DNA of 59,512 bases, the filler included, from Sphacelaria rigidula (lineage: Eukaryota): the NCBI GenBank assembly GCA_964200075.2. It is 8 parts of 8 records of this genome, joined end to end, with 100 filler letters (N's around TTAATTAATTAA, not from the genome) between each part and the next. Parts side by side here need not be neighbours in the genome. Positions count along the whole stretch, not along the records: positions 7,453 to 14,804 come from CAXNAA020015288.1; positions 14,905 to 22,256 come from CAXNAA020015289.1; positions 22,357 to 29,708 come from CAXNAA020015290.1; 5 more parts are not named here. One strand, given 5' to 3'. The position numbers and the translations under genes are program-made. The notes under the pieces were generated by a model, which made no database searches, was not told the origin of the DNA, and was given only the letters and a program-made list of their open reading frames with translations. Numbering within the stretch: position 1 is the stretch's first letter; every line of letters begins with the position of its first letter. This document shows, piece by piece, positions 11,398 to 23,545 of this stretch.

Positions 11398-13259
11398 TTA
11401 ACCGGTTCACCGTAAAACCGCTTTAACCTGATGAGGGAGGGAAAAGGCCTCCGAATCAATAAAGCGCAGGTGAATTAGGCATTCTCGTCGTATGTTTCGT
11501 GTGTGGTGGGTGATGGATACGCCCAAACACACCCATTAACGGTGACGGCAAGGTTCAATCTCACACCTCCGCAATCCGCACCCGTGCAACACCTGTCGAA
11601 CTTTACAGCACAGTGGCTGGTGACTGGTGACAAAGATTTAAATGCGTGATAGGAAATGGTGTAGGTGATAACTTGAGTACTTGAACAGCTGCTGTTCAAA
11701 TCTGGCACCTAACCCTAGCCAACACAGAGTGTCGAAAGTCGAAAAGAAGAACTATACTCCGGAGTAAACACCATATTCGTGAGATTCAAAGCGTAATATC
11801 GGATTCAGAGTGGATGCTCTAGCGTTCCTTAGAGACAACTTTTTTTTTTGGCCTGAGCACACGTCCTGTGTATGCAGCTACCGTACAGTACCCCATTCGA
11901 GCAATTCGGCGGTCTGGTTGGTGAGATACCGCACAAAGCATTGTTGCGCCTGTGGGGGAATTTCGAAAGCAGCACAAGAAGGTGACTTCTCCCTGTGTTC
12001 CTGACTGTTTCAGGCACTAATCGGTTTTTCCTCAAAAAGGGGATCTTTTGTTGCAATGGACTGACTACGTCGTTGCGATCAGGTGATGTGTCAAATTGAT
12101 CGTGTAGGTGACGGCTTTCATTGAAGCCACCGCTTTACCAGCTGGGCGCATTACTCCTCGAACTGTGGCCATGTCAAAATCGACGGGAAAGTCAACTCTG
12201 AATACGATGTTACACTCTGAATCTCACGAATATAGTGTTGTAGTGGATAATAGTACGCACCTGAACTGCTATTTTTCTAACTTCCGTCATTGACGATTTT
12301 TCTAGGCTCTTCCGCTTGTCACCGCCCATCACATGGGGGATCTGAAGATACTTGTATCCGATCCACATTCAATAAATCAAAAATCATCTGTACTCAACAT
12401 TAAGTGGCTTACGGACTGACCGGTCATCGGGGGTCCTGCAAATTTTCAGCACAACTTATGAATCTTCGGAATTTTCGGTCGATCGAGCCTGTCCCGATCG
12501 TGGTTGTGAAGAAATGTGCAGTTTTATTTTTTTGAAATTCTACCTGCTCACTGCACCAGAGTCGAATAATTGTGTTTCACGGTCAACAATACCCTCCTTA
12601 TAAACGGGATATCTGCTCGTATCGCCCGATAACACCAAGCAACACTAACTTGGGCACTGTTTTTTTAGGATTATCTGTTTATTTTACCAAAATTTATCGA
12701 TGCTAGCACTTTAGAGCTCTATCGAGGGGTAGAACGCGAGAATACCACTATGAACAGTTTGGGCGTCCAGTACTGCATGCACCCCACACCCCGCCCGCCC
12801 CTGCAACCTAATGGCCAACAATACGAGGGAGGAGCAGGGGTCATGCCATTCCTCAACTTTGCATGGAGAAAACGTACTACTCCTGGGTCTAGAAACAATA
12901 CAGCGGACAACAGAAAACCAACGCTAGACGCTGCAAACCACGCCAAGCCACGCAAGCACACCCTCTCCCTGGGCAATTTCGCCCTACAGAAGGAACGATG
13001 ACGCAATACTCGTGCAAAAGCGATGGGCGACAAGACATCACATCAATTTTTGTCAGGAAGAAACACCAACATCATTACCGTTCCCCAGTGAGGGGACTAC
13101 ATCAGATTTTCAGAGTAAACAGAAGTTCACGCCTACTCCTTTTGCCTGAAAAACGCGCAGTCTCATTCTATGTGTAAGGGTGACGTGTAGCGTGTGACGT
13201 GTAGCGTGTGACGTGTCGTATGTCACGCCTTCGCTACCAACTTCAAACTTCGCAATTGA

Positions 13260-13440
13260 AACGGTTAAACCGGTTTACCAGAAAAACCGGTTGAGCCGCC
13301 ATAGTAACGCCTCCTTTTGCCGGTTAAACTGGTTTTCCAGAGAACCGGTTTAACCGGCGAAAAAATACGGTTTTTTTATTTCAGAACCGTAACCGGTTAA
13401 CGCCTATTGGGGTTTCCAAGAACCGGTTATAACCGGTTTT
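13260..13440. repeat. Cluster of AACCGGTT/AACCG motifs, resembling a DNA-transposon subterminal region
   Basis: Many aaccgg/ccggtt motifs within 180 bp. Confidence 0.5.
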
Positions 13441-13617
13441 TTCTTTACAGCTGCCCACCTCTAATGGTGACCGTACCGCCCTCTCAGCACAAGATACGCC
13501 GAGCAGTCACAACCATAGTCATTTCCGGTAAAATTAGACCCCACGAAAAAAGGCCGAAACCCAACGACCAGAAGAGTGCAGCACTCCTGCTGGTTGGCCC
13601 GAAGACCCAGAAGGTCC

Positions 13618-14736
13618 AACGATTCGTACAAGTCGCTTGTATGCCGGAGCTCAAAAAGATCCAGCGAACATGGGTGAACATCTTGCCGACACACCAGCCC
13701 AAACGGCATCATGCGGCAACAACGTCAGACCGTTGCCGGGTCTTTTGCGGCTTAGACACCGAGATGGACACCGACCAGATTCCGGATTGAAGGAAGAACG
13801 CCTGAATCCAACGGCGTAGACTGTACAGTCGGGTTTGTTCCTCTGATTGTTGTCGTTGCAACCACGAGACCACTCGTCAAAATACTCAAAGCTGCATGTG
13901 AGACCGGCGCACCGCCCAATATCTCCACATGCTCTTGAAAAAAAGGTATTTTGTGCTGTGATGAAACGGCTGTTCTGAAACCCAGATGTGGCATCGTTCA
14001 TCTGACCCCATGTGAGGGGCGTCTGTCTTGTAAGAGGCAAACTTGTGCCTACGGTACATTCAGTAGACCTGGTCCTGCATAACTGCATCTAGAACGCGCA
14101 CAGCGTGAGCCGGGTTCGAAAAAACAAAATACATGAACGACAGTATCGTCGACGTTGAACTGTGTACACGACGCGGCACAGCGCGCCATCACGTTTTCCC
14201 CCACCCGACTTCATTCTGTTTCACGTCTATGAACCTTCCATAATGCATCATCACTCAGAGCCCGTGAATCTCCTTTACTGTGAGGGTGGGCCGAGATGAA
14301 CAATTTGCTGTTTGGTGAATGATCGGCGCCGGCTTGCAGCATAGCACCATTTGTGAGGGGCATTGTCATTGTTCCGCGGCGGTGTAGCGTGTTGAACTTT
14401 GCTGATGTGGATAATCACTCAGTTTTCTGTACGTGTTGCTTGGGTTGTGGTCCGTCGGTCGCGAGCGCTGGTTTGGAAGGGACATGGGTTCAACGGCAAA
14501 GATACAGAGGAAGAAACCCGACTGTACAGTCTACGCCGTTGGATTCAGGCGTTCTTCCTCTAATCCGGAATCCGGTCGGTGTCCATCTCCGTTTCCGAGC
14601 AGCAAATTGAAGATCCGGCAACGGTCTGATGTTTTCGTCGCATGATGCCGTTCGGGCTGGTGTGTCGGCAAGATGATCACCCATGTTCATTGGATCTTTG
14701 TGAACTCCGACATACAAGCGACTTGTATGAATCGTT
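13618..14736. repeat. Inverted repeat pair (~230-bp arms, 13618-13845 and 14505-14736, ~660-bp spacer)
   Basis: gaagaacgcctgaatccaacggcgtagactgtacagtcgggttt matches the reverse complement aaacccgactgtacagtctacgccgttggattcaggcgttcttc. Both arms give related peptides (..KDP.NMG.HLADTPA.TASC..). Confidence 0.8.
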
Positions 14737-15159
14737 CAAGGGTCGGGCAAGTAATGATTCGTCTGAAAATTACTTGATTTTAGTATAATGAGTCGACTCG
14801 TGACNNNNNNNNNNNNNNNNNNNNNNNNNNNNNNNNNNNNNNNNNNNNTTAATTAATTAANNNNNNNNNNNNNNNNNNNNNNNNNNNNNNNNNNNNNNNN
14901 NNNNCAAGAGTACAACCGGGATTCGATCCCTCCGAGGACCATCTTGACGCCTTTTTCTGCAGAAGAAAGAGTCTGAGGAAAAGTCTGGGATACACACCTG
15001 AAATGCATGGTATATATCACCAGTCGTCGAAATGAAGACACATGTTCCCGCCTGTAATCCAATGAACCGTTCTGGGCAGCGCTAATTAGAGGGATTACAA
15101 CCCTCCGGTAGAAACCGGAGTCCAACAGTCTAACCAGCTGTCGGACCCCGCTTGTACTT

Positions 15160-15252
15160 TTGTTAGATGTGCAACATATCCACTGAGCTAACAGTCAGCG
15201 CTGACTGTTAGCGCTGACTGTTAGCTCAGTGGATATGTTGTATATCTAACAA
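15160..15252. repeat. Near-perfect ~93-bp palindrome with a 13-bp duplication at its centre
   Basis: tgttagatgtgcaacatatccactgagctaacagtcagc / gctgactgttagctcagtggatatgttgtatatctaaca, with gcgctgactgtta present twice. Confidence 0.85.
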
Positions 15253-15529
15253 CACTAACCTGTATACCAATAGACAGAGCACCGCCCGTGAGGCCGTCGT
15301 TGTCTTGGATATCATCGTGCCTGCGCACGGTCCTGTACTACGGCTGCGGGCACCAGAAGACCGGCAAAACCATGTGCGACGGAGTGCATACTGAAATCGA
15401 GTTTGTACTATGAAATGTACTATGAAACGTAGAGGGACTGGTAAAAAAATTGAATTAAATTACTTTAAATGAGTGTTTGTGCTATGAAAACAAACCCGTA
15501 CACATGAGCCCGCCGCCGCCACACGGGGG

Positions 15530-17100
15530 TATTATTATCATTGTTATTACCATTTTTCGCACATTAGAGAGTTTCGGAAAAAAAAAAATTGAGCCAAAAA
15601 CTCAGGGATAATTTGCGTCTTCTTACAAAAATCCAATCAAACGATAATTATCCCTGAGTTTTTCCGGCCTGTTTTCGTTTTCCGAAACTCTCTATTAGCC
15701 CGATCTCTCGGACCCGTGAGACGTAAGCACGCCTTTCCAGTACCATCACTACTAATCCTTGTATGAGATAGACTCGCTCATTTAACGACTTCTTGTTGGA
15801 GTTCAAATCGGGAGAAAATAAAAGAAGAAGAGAGGAACGTCAAGAAAAGAAAAGAGAAGAAAAAAAAGAGCTGGTCGAAGGTGAGGTAACCAAACCAGAT
15901 CTGCAAACAAAGTAACTTCAATCGAGAGGCGTGGTAGTAAGTATAACAACGAGAAGTACGCCCCAGGAGAAAATACGGATACCACGCGAAAGTCACGACG
16001 ACTTCTCCAGGTTCCCACGGAGTCATTTTTTTTTTTCAGAAAGATAGCAGACGTAGTAGCGATCATACCACGTGGTGGGCTACTAGTCATGTCACGATGA
16101 CGTTCGATCGACACTAGTGGTGAAACAGCAAAAAAGTTCATTTACATGGCGAGCGTAGGTCGCGTTCAGCACGTCTCAATGCCTTCCTCTACAACCCGGC
16201 ACCACTCGGAAACCCCTTGGGCAGATCTGCGTCCGTGATGTCGCGCCTGTTCCGAACGCGCAGCATTGCTCAGTGAGGCGGTGTGTGAGCGTTTCGCGGG
16301 TTCGCCTGCTTTCCTCTTCACTCCGGTCATTTCTCCGCGCATGACGATGTTGGGGAGGCGATTATCGTGCATGCGTGCGACGCGGCCGGCGTATATATTA
16401 CAGTAGTATACTTTGCTTCGTCCTGGTACCCTCGATGTAGTTGCAGCCAATTATTTCGAGAACCTCGTGGTATGACGGTATGTGGTGGCGGGGAGCTCTG
16501 CGGGTTGAGGTGTGCTCGTTGAGGCACTTCAGCAGAAGCCTGTGGTTGGCTTGCCGCAACGTGCCGCAATCATCGGGTGAGACGGCCCAGGTCACACAGC
16601 CGTATCGCATAACCTCGATCACTTCTGCTTTCAGGAAATTACTGTTTCGGCCAGAGCGATGTACGGATTGTCGTGTACCGCTCTGCTGCACTTGACGAAG
16701 TACTTCCAGGCTTGGCCAGTGCACGCGGTTGATCTCTGGGATGACATCGCCAATGCTATTGATGGTGCAATCGAGATGGACGAGAGTCTCGACTTGATTG
16801 CACCTTTGGCCTGCCGCCTTCATCCCAACCACATCCGCCTTCAGCTTGGGGAACGCATGCGGATGGTTTCCGTCTTCTTCTCCGCCACGGCGAGACCGAG
16901 CGCCGAACAGACTTCGATGGTGGTTGTCATCATCTTTGCCAGGCTTAGTCATGATCGCGAAGCGATGCCGGCGTCGTCGGCCTACAACATGGCCGGAAGG
17001 ACCTTGCGAAGCCCATTCCTGGCCCTCCCGCTCCTTGCAGCGATGCAAATAAAGTCATCGGCCACCGCTTGGTCAATCGAAATGCGGTCGAACGTCTTCG
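15530..17100 (-). mobile_element. 5'-truncated, decayed RTE-like non-LTR retrotransposon (LINE)
   Basis: Minus strand reads AML*ADDAGI (YADD with Tyr to stop, ~16965-16995), then LKAEVIEVMRYGCVTW, LRQANHRLLLKC and YAGRVARMHDNRLPNIVMRGEM, typical of the RTE RT C-terminus. Family 3' end and ATT-rich tail at ~15530-15775. Confidence 0.85.
15566..15693. mobile_element. 128-bp MITE with 3-bp ATT target duplication, inserted in the LINE 3' end
   Basis: TIRs agagagtttcggaaaa / ttttccgaaactctct and inner IR aactcagggataatt / aattatccctgagtt. ATT at 15563-15565 and 15694-15696. Confidence 0.85.
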
Positions 17101-17622
17101 GAGTAGGTCAAGAGACTCGTCGCTTCGTCTTCCTCGTGTACATTGCGCATTGTTTAATACACCGCGTTCGATATCGATGACCGATCGAAGAGCTGAGATG
17201 GAAGGGAGCGTGAAGTATCCTCCTGATACTCTGAGGACCATTCGTTTGGATTGATCGCAGAGTTTGAATCAACTTCATTGTCATGATGATGTATAGAATA
17301 TACCTGATTAACTGGACGCACGGTGTAAAGGGACCGCGGATCCCCTTATTCGGCGGTATTAAGCCCCCTTTGTAACGTGGCAATCTTCATCCTGCACGTG
17401 TTGCCTGTGAAAGGGGACACTCGGTGGAAATTTCCAAAACACGCCCTGCACACAATACGTGTCACAGTGACGACCGACGTACGACAACAAGAAATCAGGT
17501 GGGTTTGAAAACGAGCGGACCCAGAAGGGGGTGGCGGGGAAGGAGAGGGGGTGTGTCATCCATCAGAAGTCACCCGTCGATCACTAACAATACACGTTAT
17601 TTCGCTGCGCGCGCTTGGCAAG

Positions 17623-19632
17623 GAATCGGGTCAAATTGGCGGCGCTGATGCGGTGGCGAAGAAGTGCACTTTAGATGATGACGCAGAGGGAACGGCTTCA
17701 CAGGGGAGGTGGAAATACACGACAGTCACATCTTGCTCGGGTGACTCGCCCTCTCCAAGAGGCGGGTGCTCGTGGACAAAGGTAGGTACTGCTAGTTATA
17801 GGCTGTTACTTTCATTTCTCCATGAACACCATCCAAACCCCGCACGCCCCGAACGCGTGTATCGGCCGCTCGCCTGTGTTAAACGCCCCGTGCGTCAAGT
17901 TTTCGTGAGCTAGACATGAGAATGGAGACCTCGATCGTGTCAAGTATTCGTGTGTGTGTGCTGCGATGTACTTTTCCATTTCAGGTGGGATCGAAATACC
18001 TGCTTTTCGGAGGGGCGGATTCTTCCCAGCAGCACTTTGCAGACATCCATTCCTTTGACCCGGCGACTAGATGTTGGGAGAAGGTGCGTGGAGACACAAC
18101 GATCGTGTACGTTATTAGGGGAGTACGTGTTGCTTTAGGACTGTATCGGTATTTTTCATATCCATCCGAGGTGTACAGCACTGCTGCTGCACTTCCCACT
18201 TGAACTTGTCGCCGTCTCGTCACCCCCATCAAATCGGTTTTGTGTCCGGTAGATGATAACCCGCGGCTGTGCGCCTTCACCACGTAGCGGGCATTCGGCG
18301 ACCGCGTTCGAAGACCTCCTGATTGTCTACGGAGGGATGAACGGCTCCGAAAATGTCACGTTCAATGACATATATGGACTCCAAACAGGTGGGTGTAATC
18401 CTACGTGTGGTCATTGAATGACACGATGCACCGGACGATTTTCCTCGGAGAGACGGGGCTCTCGGAAGTATGGTAGATCCGTGGTGGAGTTTACTGAACA
18501 GGCGGGAGAGACGATGCCTAGTCGACACATGAATAGGATCACAAGTACGATGTCTTGTGCGCTGTTCGTTTTGTTGTCAGATTCTATGGAGTGGAAACGT
18601 GTCCCGTGTGATGAGGCTCCTCCTCGAAATTCCCACGCGGCAGTTCTTTATGGGAGCACCATAATTATCATTGGGGGCGCTTCGCCCGAAGGGCACACGG
18701 ATGATGTTCACACAATCGATTTGTCTGATATGTCGGCCTTGAGCTGTCGGCAAGTGACGTGTGAAACGGCGCAAACAGGAGCGCCACATTCAGAAGCTCT
18801 CCAACAGTCGCCAAGTGCACGGGAGATGCACTCGGCCAACTTGGTCTCCCGGGGAAAAACAAAAGATGCGGATCCAACAATCCTTGTAATGGGCGGGCGG
18901 TCGGCGGCAGGGGTGCATCAGGATCTCTTCGCTTTAAACCCGGGTGAGCCACTTCAAACTCTGCGTTCGCTGAAATCCTCAGCGAAGACAGCGAAAGCCC
19001 AGAAGGGCAGAGACATCTCAATACAACGATGCCTGGTTGAGGGTACTGTGGACCGTCATGGTCGTTGTCCGTGATTCCGTGTGTGATTCTTACTCTTTCT
19101 GCTGCGATGTTCCGTTTGAAAACCAATCTGTCCGCAGCTTCATGGGAATGGAGGCGTTTGAAGGACGCTCCCGCCCCACGATGCGCGCACATCGCCTGCA
19201 TGATTGAATATGAGGGCATTATGGCTGTATTCGGCGGATGGGACGGGTGAGTAGCTGGAAATCAGGGTTTCATATGTTTTCGTTGAACTTGGAGTGCGAA
19301 TGTGACCTGCTGTTGGGTGATTCGAATAGGTGGCTGATGATCTGGGGATGGTAGTGCGGAATATCTGCTTGTCGTTGGTAGCTCACCAGCGTTTCACGCG
19401 CCGATGCTTGTGACCGCTTTTTCCTACTCAAAGGGGAATGACGGTGGCCAACGATCTGCACCTGTATGACGTCGAAGCTGATGCGTGGACAACAGCTGCA
19501 GTGTCTCCACGGCCGGACGGTCGCTTTGCTCACGCTGCCTGTGCTGGCGAGGCAAACAGCATGTTCATTTTTGGCGGGGTTAATCCGACAGAGGATTTAA
19601 CAGACGTGATGTTGCTGACCGCACTGTCATGA
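17623..19632 (+). CDS. Kelch-repeat (beta-propeller) protein, at least 6 exons; start codon not resolved
   Basis: Phase-consistent GT-AG exons: ~17623-17781, 17985-18083, 18253-18388, 18581-18943, 19138-19246 and 19434-19632 (TGA). Kelch motifs PSPRGGCS, YLLFGG, PSPRSGHSAT..IVYGG, PPRNSHAA..IIIGG, SAREMHSA..LVMGG, AVFGGWDG and GRFAHAAC..FIFGG. Confidence 0.9.
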
Positions 19633-22359
19633 TATTTTGTCGTGCTTTTTGCGTGAACATTGCCGACGACTCAATGCCGCTGATCCTACTCATAGCTTGC
19701 AGCGAGTCGTCCAAACCATGGTCATCTTACTCTGTCCGTAAGCAGGTCCAGACGGTGCGCATGGCTTTAGTACATGAACATTGTTGACCAATGGCATGTC
19801 CGTCTGCAATATCGCATTCGTGAGACCTTCATACGGACACCGCGCCCACGGGCGTACAGATGTCATACGGTGCATTTCCTTCTCGGTGGGTAGCCGACAA
19901 CACCACACCACCTTTCAAAATTATATATATTTCGTATAAGCCTGGACCCAGTAGAGTGTCAATTTGTCATCCGACTTTGTGCACGATTTACCGTGCGATC
20001 TCTTGTCTGGTGGTCTTACATTTGTCTTGTGGAAGCCCGACTTCTTGAACCCTATTTCCTGCCTAGCAGACCAGTACGATGTTGTTCTCAACCTGGTGCC
20101 GTTGTACACAGAGCTTCCGCCAGACCGTTGAGAGACACGAGACGTCTTATTATGGATCGATCCACCTTGTTAACGACGGATCCGAACAGGGAAGCAGGAG
20201 GGCAGGAAGAGATGGTGAGCGCAAGCAGCGTATGAGAACAAAGCGTCTTCTAGACACGTCGAGACTATCTGCACACCGGGTTTGAGAACCAATCGGTACA
20301 CATCTTCATAGCGGCCAAAGTCCTCACCACTAATTTGAGATCCTTGTGACTTTTAATGACGGCACTCCTATACCTTTTTTCAGAAGCACTCACCGTGAAC
20401 GAAGCATGTGCGTCCACCCAACAAACGCTACCCCGTGTTGATCCTCACACATGATTTGAGAGCTCAAGAAAGTCGGGCCATGATCCACGCCGACAGAGGA
20501 AACTACTATTATACATACTCTAATAAAAAAACTCTCCATCAACGCAAAAATAGGTGCCACGTTCATGCGCATAAACAATGAAGATAACTCGGCTGACGAT
20601 CTGCTCGGGGCACATGGGGCCGTGGCTTTTTGTGTGGACGATGGATTGACGTCGATTGGCTGAAGAATGGAGAGATATTGAGCCGTTTGTGTCAACAGCA
20701 TGGCAGCTGCTCTGCAACTACAATTCACGTATGCCTTTGTTCAGCGATGTTATACGTGGAGGCAAGCGGCGAGAACACGCGAGGCGAGCAACTAGAAGAG
20801 CTAATTACAATCCATGCCTTTCAATCCTCATATCAAACAAGCCCTCGCTGCTCATCGTTTTTTATTCACACCTTGACGTTTTCTTGCGGAATCACATTAA
20901 GCGAAACGATGGAAAAGACAGCACGCGCACCGCGAATACTGTATGTGCGACAGTCTCGAAAAAGCGATGGCTTTCGGATACACAGGCGTCCGCACGAAGA
21001 GCTGTCACCTTGACTACATACTGTAGAACGGCACCGATAGCAGCCCCCGATAAATCCAAAATGTAGGTGGCAGAAGTAGTTTTTCTTCTTCATATTTGTC
21101 CCACTACTAATCGTTCCTTTCGTCGAGAAGAGTCCGTGGTCTCAAGGGATAAACCCATCTATCCCCCGTTATACATGCCTCTTCACATTTTGGTATCGCG
21201 GATTAGATCGTCACTTCCGCACCGCTTAGCCAGTCGTCCAACAAACTCAACCAGATTGGATATTTTTGCTAGTCACCACGTCTTCACATCTCCAACGGCG
21301 GAAACCACGTACTTGTGACATGTAAGCCCGACGAGAAGCATCTGGTGGTAGTCAAACCTGCTTTTTGGCGTCGGTTGTGTCATAAGATCACAGAGGCGCG
21401 GCGGCGGCATTGGGGCAGCGTAGTTCGCTCCATTTCCTGACGAGGGAAGAGGCAAAAGGGGGGTTATCGGGAACTGGTACTCCAGTCCCGTCACATCAGT
21501 TGTGACTTCCCCGTCTCTTAGTGGCTCGGAGGTCGAGCTTTGTCTTCCAGCTGCTCTGTTCCTTTCTTGCTCATGTCTACTTGTTTGTCCCTTGTCTTTA
21601 TTTTTACTCTTCTACATGTATGTGATTTTGTCGTTCTCTCCAGGGTTTTCTTGCTCGTCTATGTTTTGCATTTTCTAGTGTTGGTATTTGTGTCCTTCCG
21701 CACGGTCGAGGGTTCAGCTCAACTCCCTGCGAGATACTTCTGGTGACCCCCAGATCTCTAAGTTGCAAACTGTTCCCACTTCCCTTCCTCTTGTACGGCC
21801 CCGTATCTGAAGCCCTCAGAGGGGCCTGACGAGCGCCTGGAAAGGGTATTCTCGGGAGATCTTGGTTGTTCGACAATCAATGATGGTCTCGGCAACTCAT
21901 CTCTCATCATTACACCTAGGGCCCATGACCCAGGAATGTTAGCATGGAGATGGAGAACAAGAGAAGTAACCCGATAAGGGGTTGATAACCCTAGTCGACA
22001 ACGACTGGAACCAAACCCCAAGCCAATAACCTGAAGGTCACGTATATGCCCGGCGGAATATTCCTACACGTGGGAACTTCGAGTGGGAACTTCGCACGAA
22101 ATACAGGCTGGTTCACGGAAGAGATCCAAAAAGCATTCATCGGCAAAACTTCACGCCATTTTAAGGAGTTAGACCCTGAAATTTTGCACAAATAACAGCC
22201 GATTTTATGTTTTGGGGTTCATACAAAATATGGGGTTGAAGTGGCATATCTGTCTTNNNNNNNNNNNNNNNNNNNNNNNNNNNNNNNNNNNNNNNNNNNN
22301 TTAATTAATTAANNNNNNNNNNNNNNNNNNNNNNNNNNNNNNNNNNNNNNNNNNNNCTG

Positions 22360-23545
22360 AGATTTTTTTTTTTTTTTTGCCCAACAGTGGAGAGCGACTA
22401 TGTCGTGGGTACACAAAATTCTATTTAACAGTCGACAAGGGAAAGGGACTGCTGAACCCCTCTCGCGATCAAAAATAAAAAGGCGAGTGCCGCAGAAGAA
22501 GGAAGGAGAGGGACTAACAACAAGTAAATAAAAGAAAAAGCTCCTGTCTTGACCTTCCTCCTGTGTGACCCCGGCTGATGTGCCCACCACGTATCCCGAA
22601 AGGGGTAGACTGGCGCCCAGAATAAATGGGACGACAACACACACAATAACACATACTCGTATATGATGGGTCGTGATTTCAATCATCTTCAAAATTAACC
22701 ATGATTGTTGAAAAAATCACGACCTAAGGCTATGTTGTCACGCCCTTTCTTTGGTCCGTGGCTCCATATTACGGTAAGTACGTCCGAGTAACTTACTACT
22801 TCGCGGTATTATATTTGACCGAAATTTCCGTTTGCTCGCAGACAACGCCCCCGCGCGTGAGTGATGTGATGCACCGAACACAACAAGTAGCATACACTAC
22901 ATCATCGCAACAGCTACAGTACATGATGATGCTGTGACACTGTCTGTAATATAATACCATTTGCCCCCACCCTCCTGGCGAGCCTGATACTTTTTCCCCA
23001 GATTTTTTGTGTGTTGTTATTGGACGTGCTGAACAGAGCATATCTACGATGAAGTCACACGGTAATGATACTGGTGGATTTCGTCTTGCTTGGATGAATG
23101 CATGGGCGGATAGGGAATAAAATAATAAGGTAGCTGACCGGGACAATCAGAAGTGTTGTCATTTATAACACTCGTGTGTGTTCTCGTGTTTATAGGTAGA
23201 TCTTGGGTGGATTGCCGAGTACATGACCCTTACAACGCGTTTTCGACGGTTTAAAGAAACATCGCAAGCGTGAGTATTGTAATACTGTTTTGTTGTGTGT
23301 GTTTTCGTCGCCCCCATCTATTATTCTGGACGCCGGTCTGCACCTTTCGGTATATTATGTGGGCGCACCAGGCGGGGTCACATAATAATAGCAGCAAGGC
23401 CAAATATATATATATATATATATATTTAAATTATGTACCTTCCTTCTGCGATGCTTGCCTTTATTTTCTATCGCGAGAGGGGGTTTCAGCAGTCACTTTC
23501 CCTCGTTGATCATGAAATGGAATTTGGTGTACCCACGACGCACTA
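22360..23545. repeat. Two inverted copies of a dispersed SINE-like repeat (22360-22660 minus; 23290-23545 plus; fragment at 31000-31060)
   Basis: Shared tttattctgg(g/a)cgcc(a/g)gtct.c.cctttcgg...gggc(a/g)ca.cag.cggggtcaca motif and downstream cgcgagaggggt..cagcagtc.ctttccct motif. Confidence 0.6.

Noticed and set aside
20300-21100. Protein-like ORFs 20630-21013 and 20656-21066
   Set aside because: No recognisable domain, interrupted frames and no convincing splice structure.
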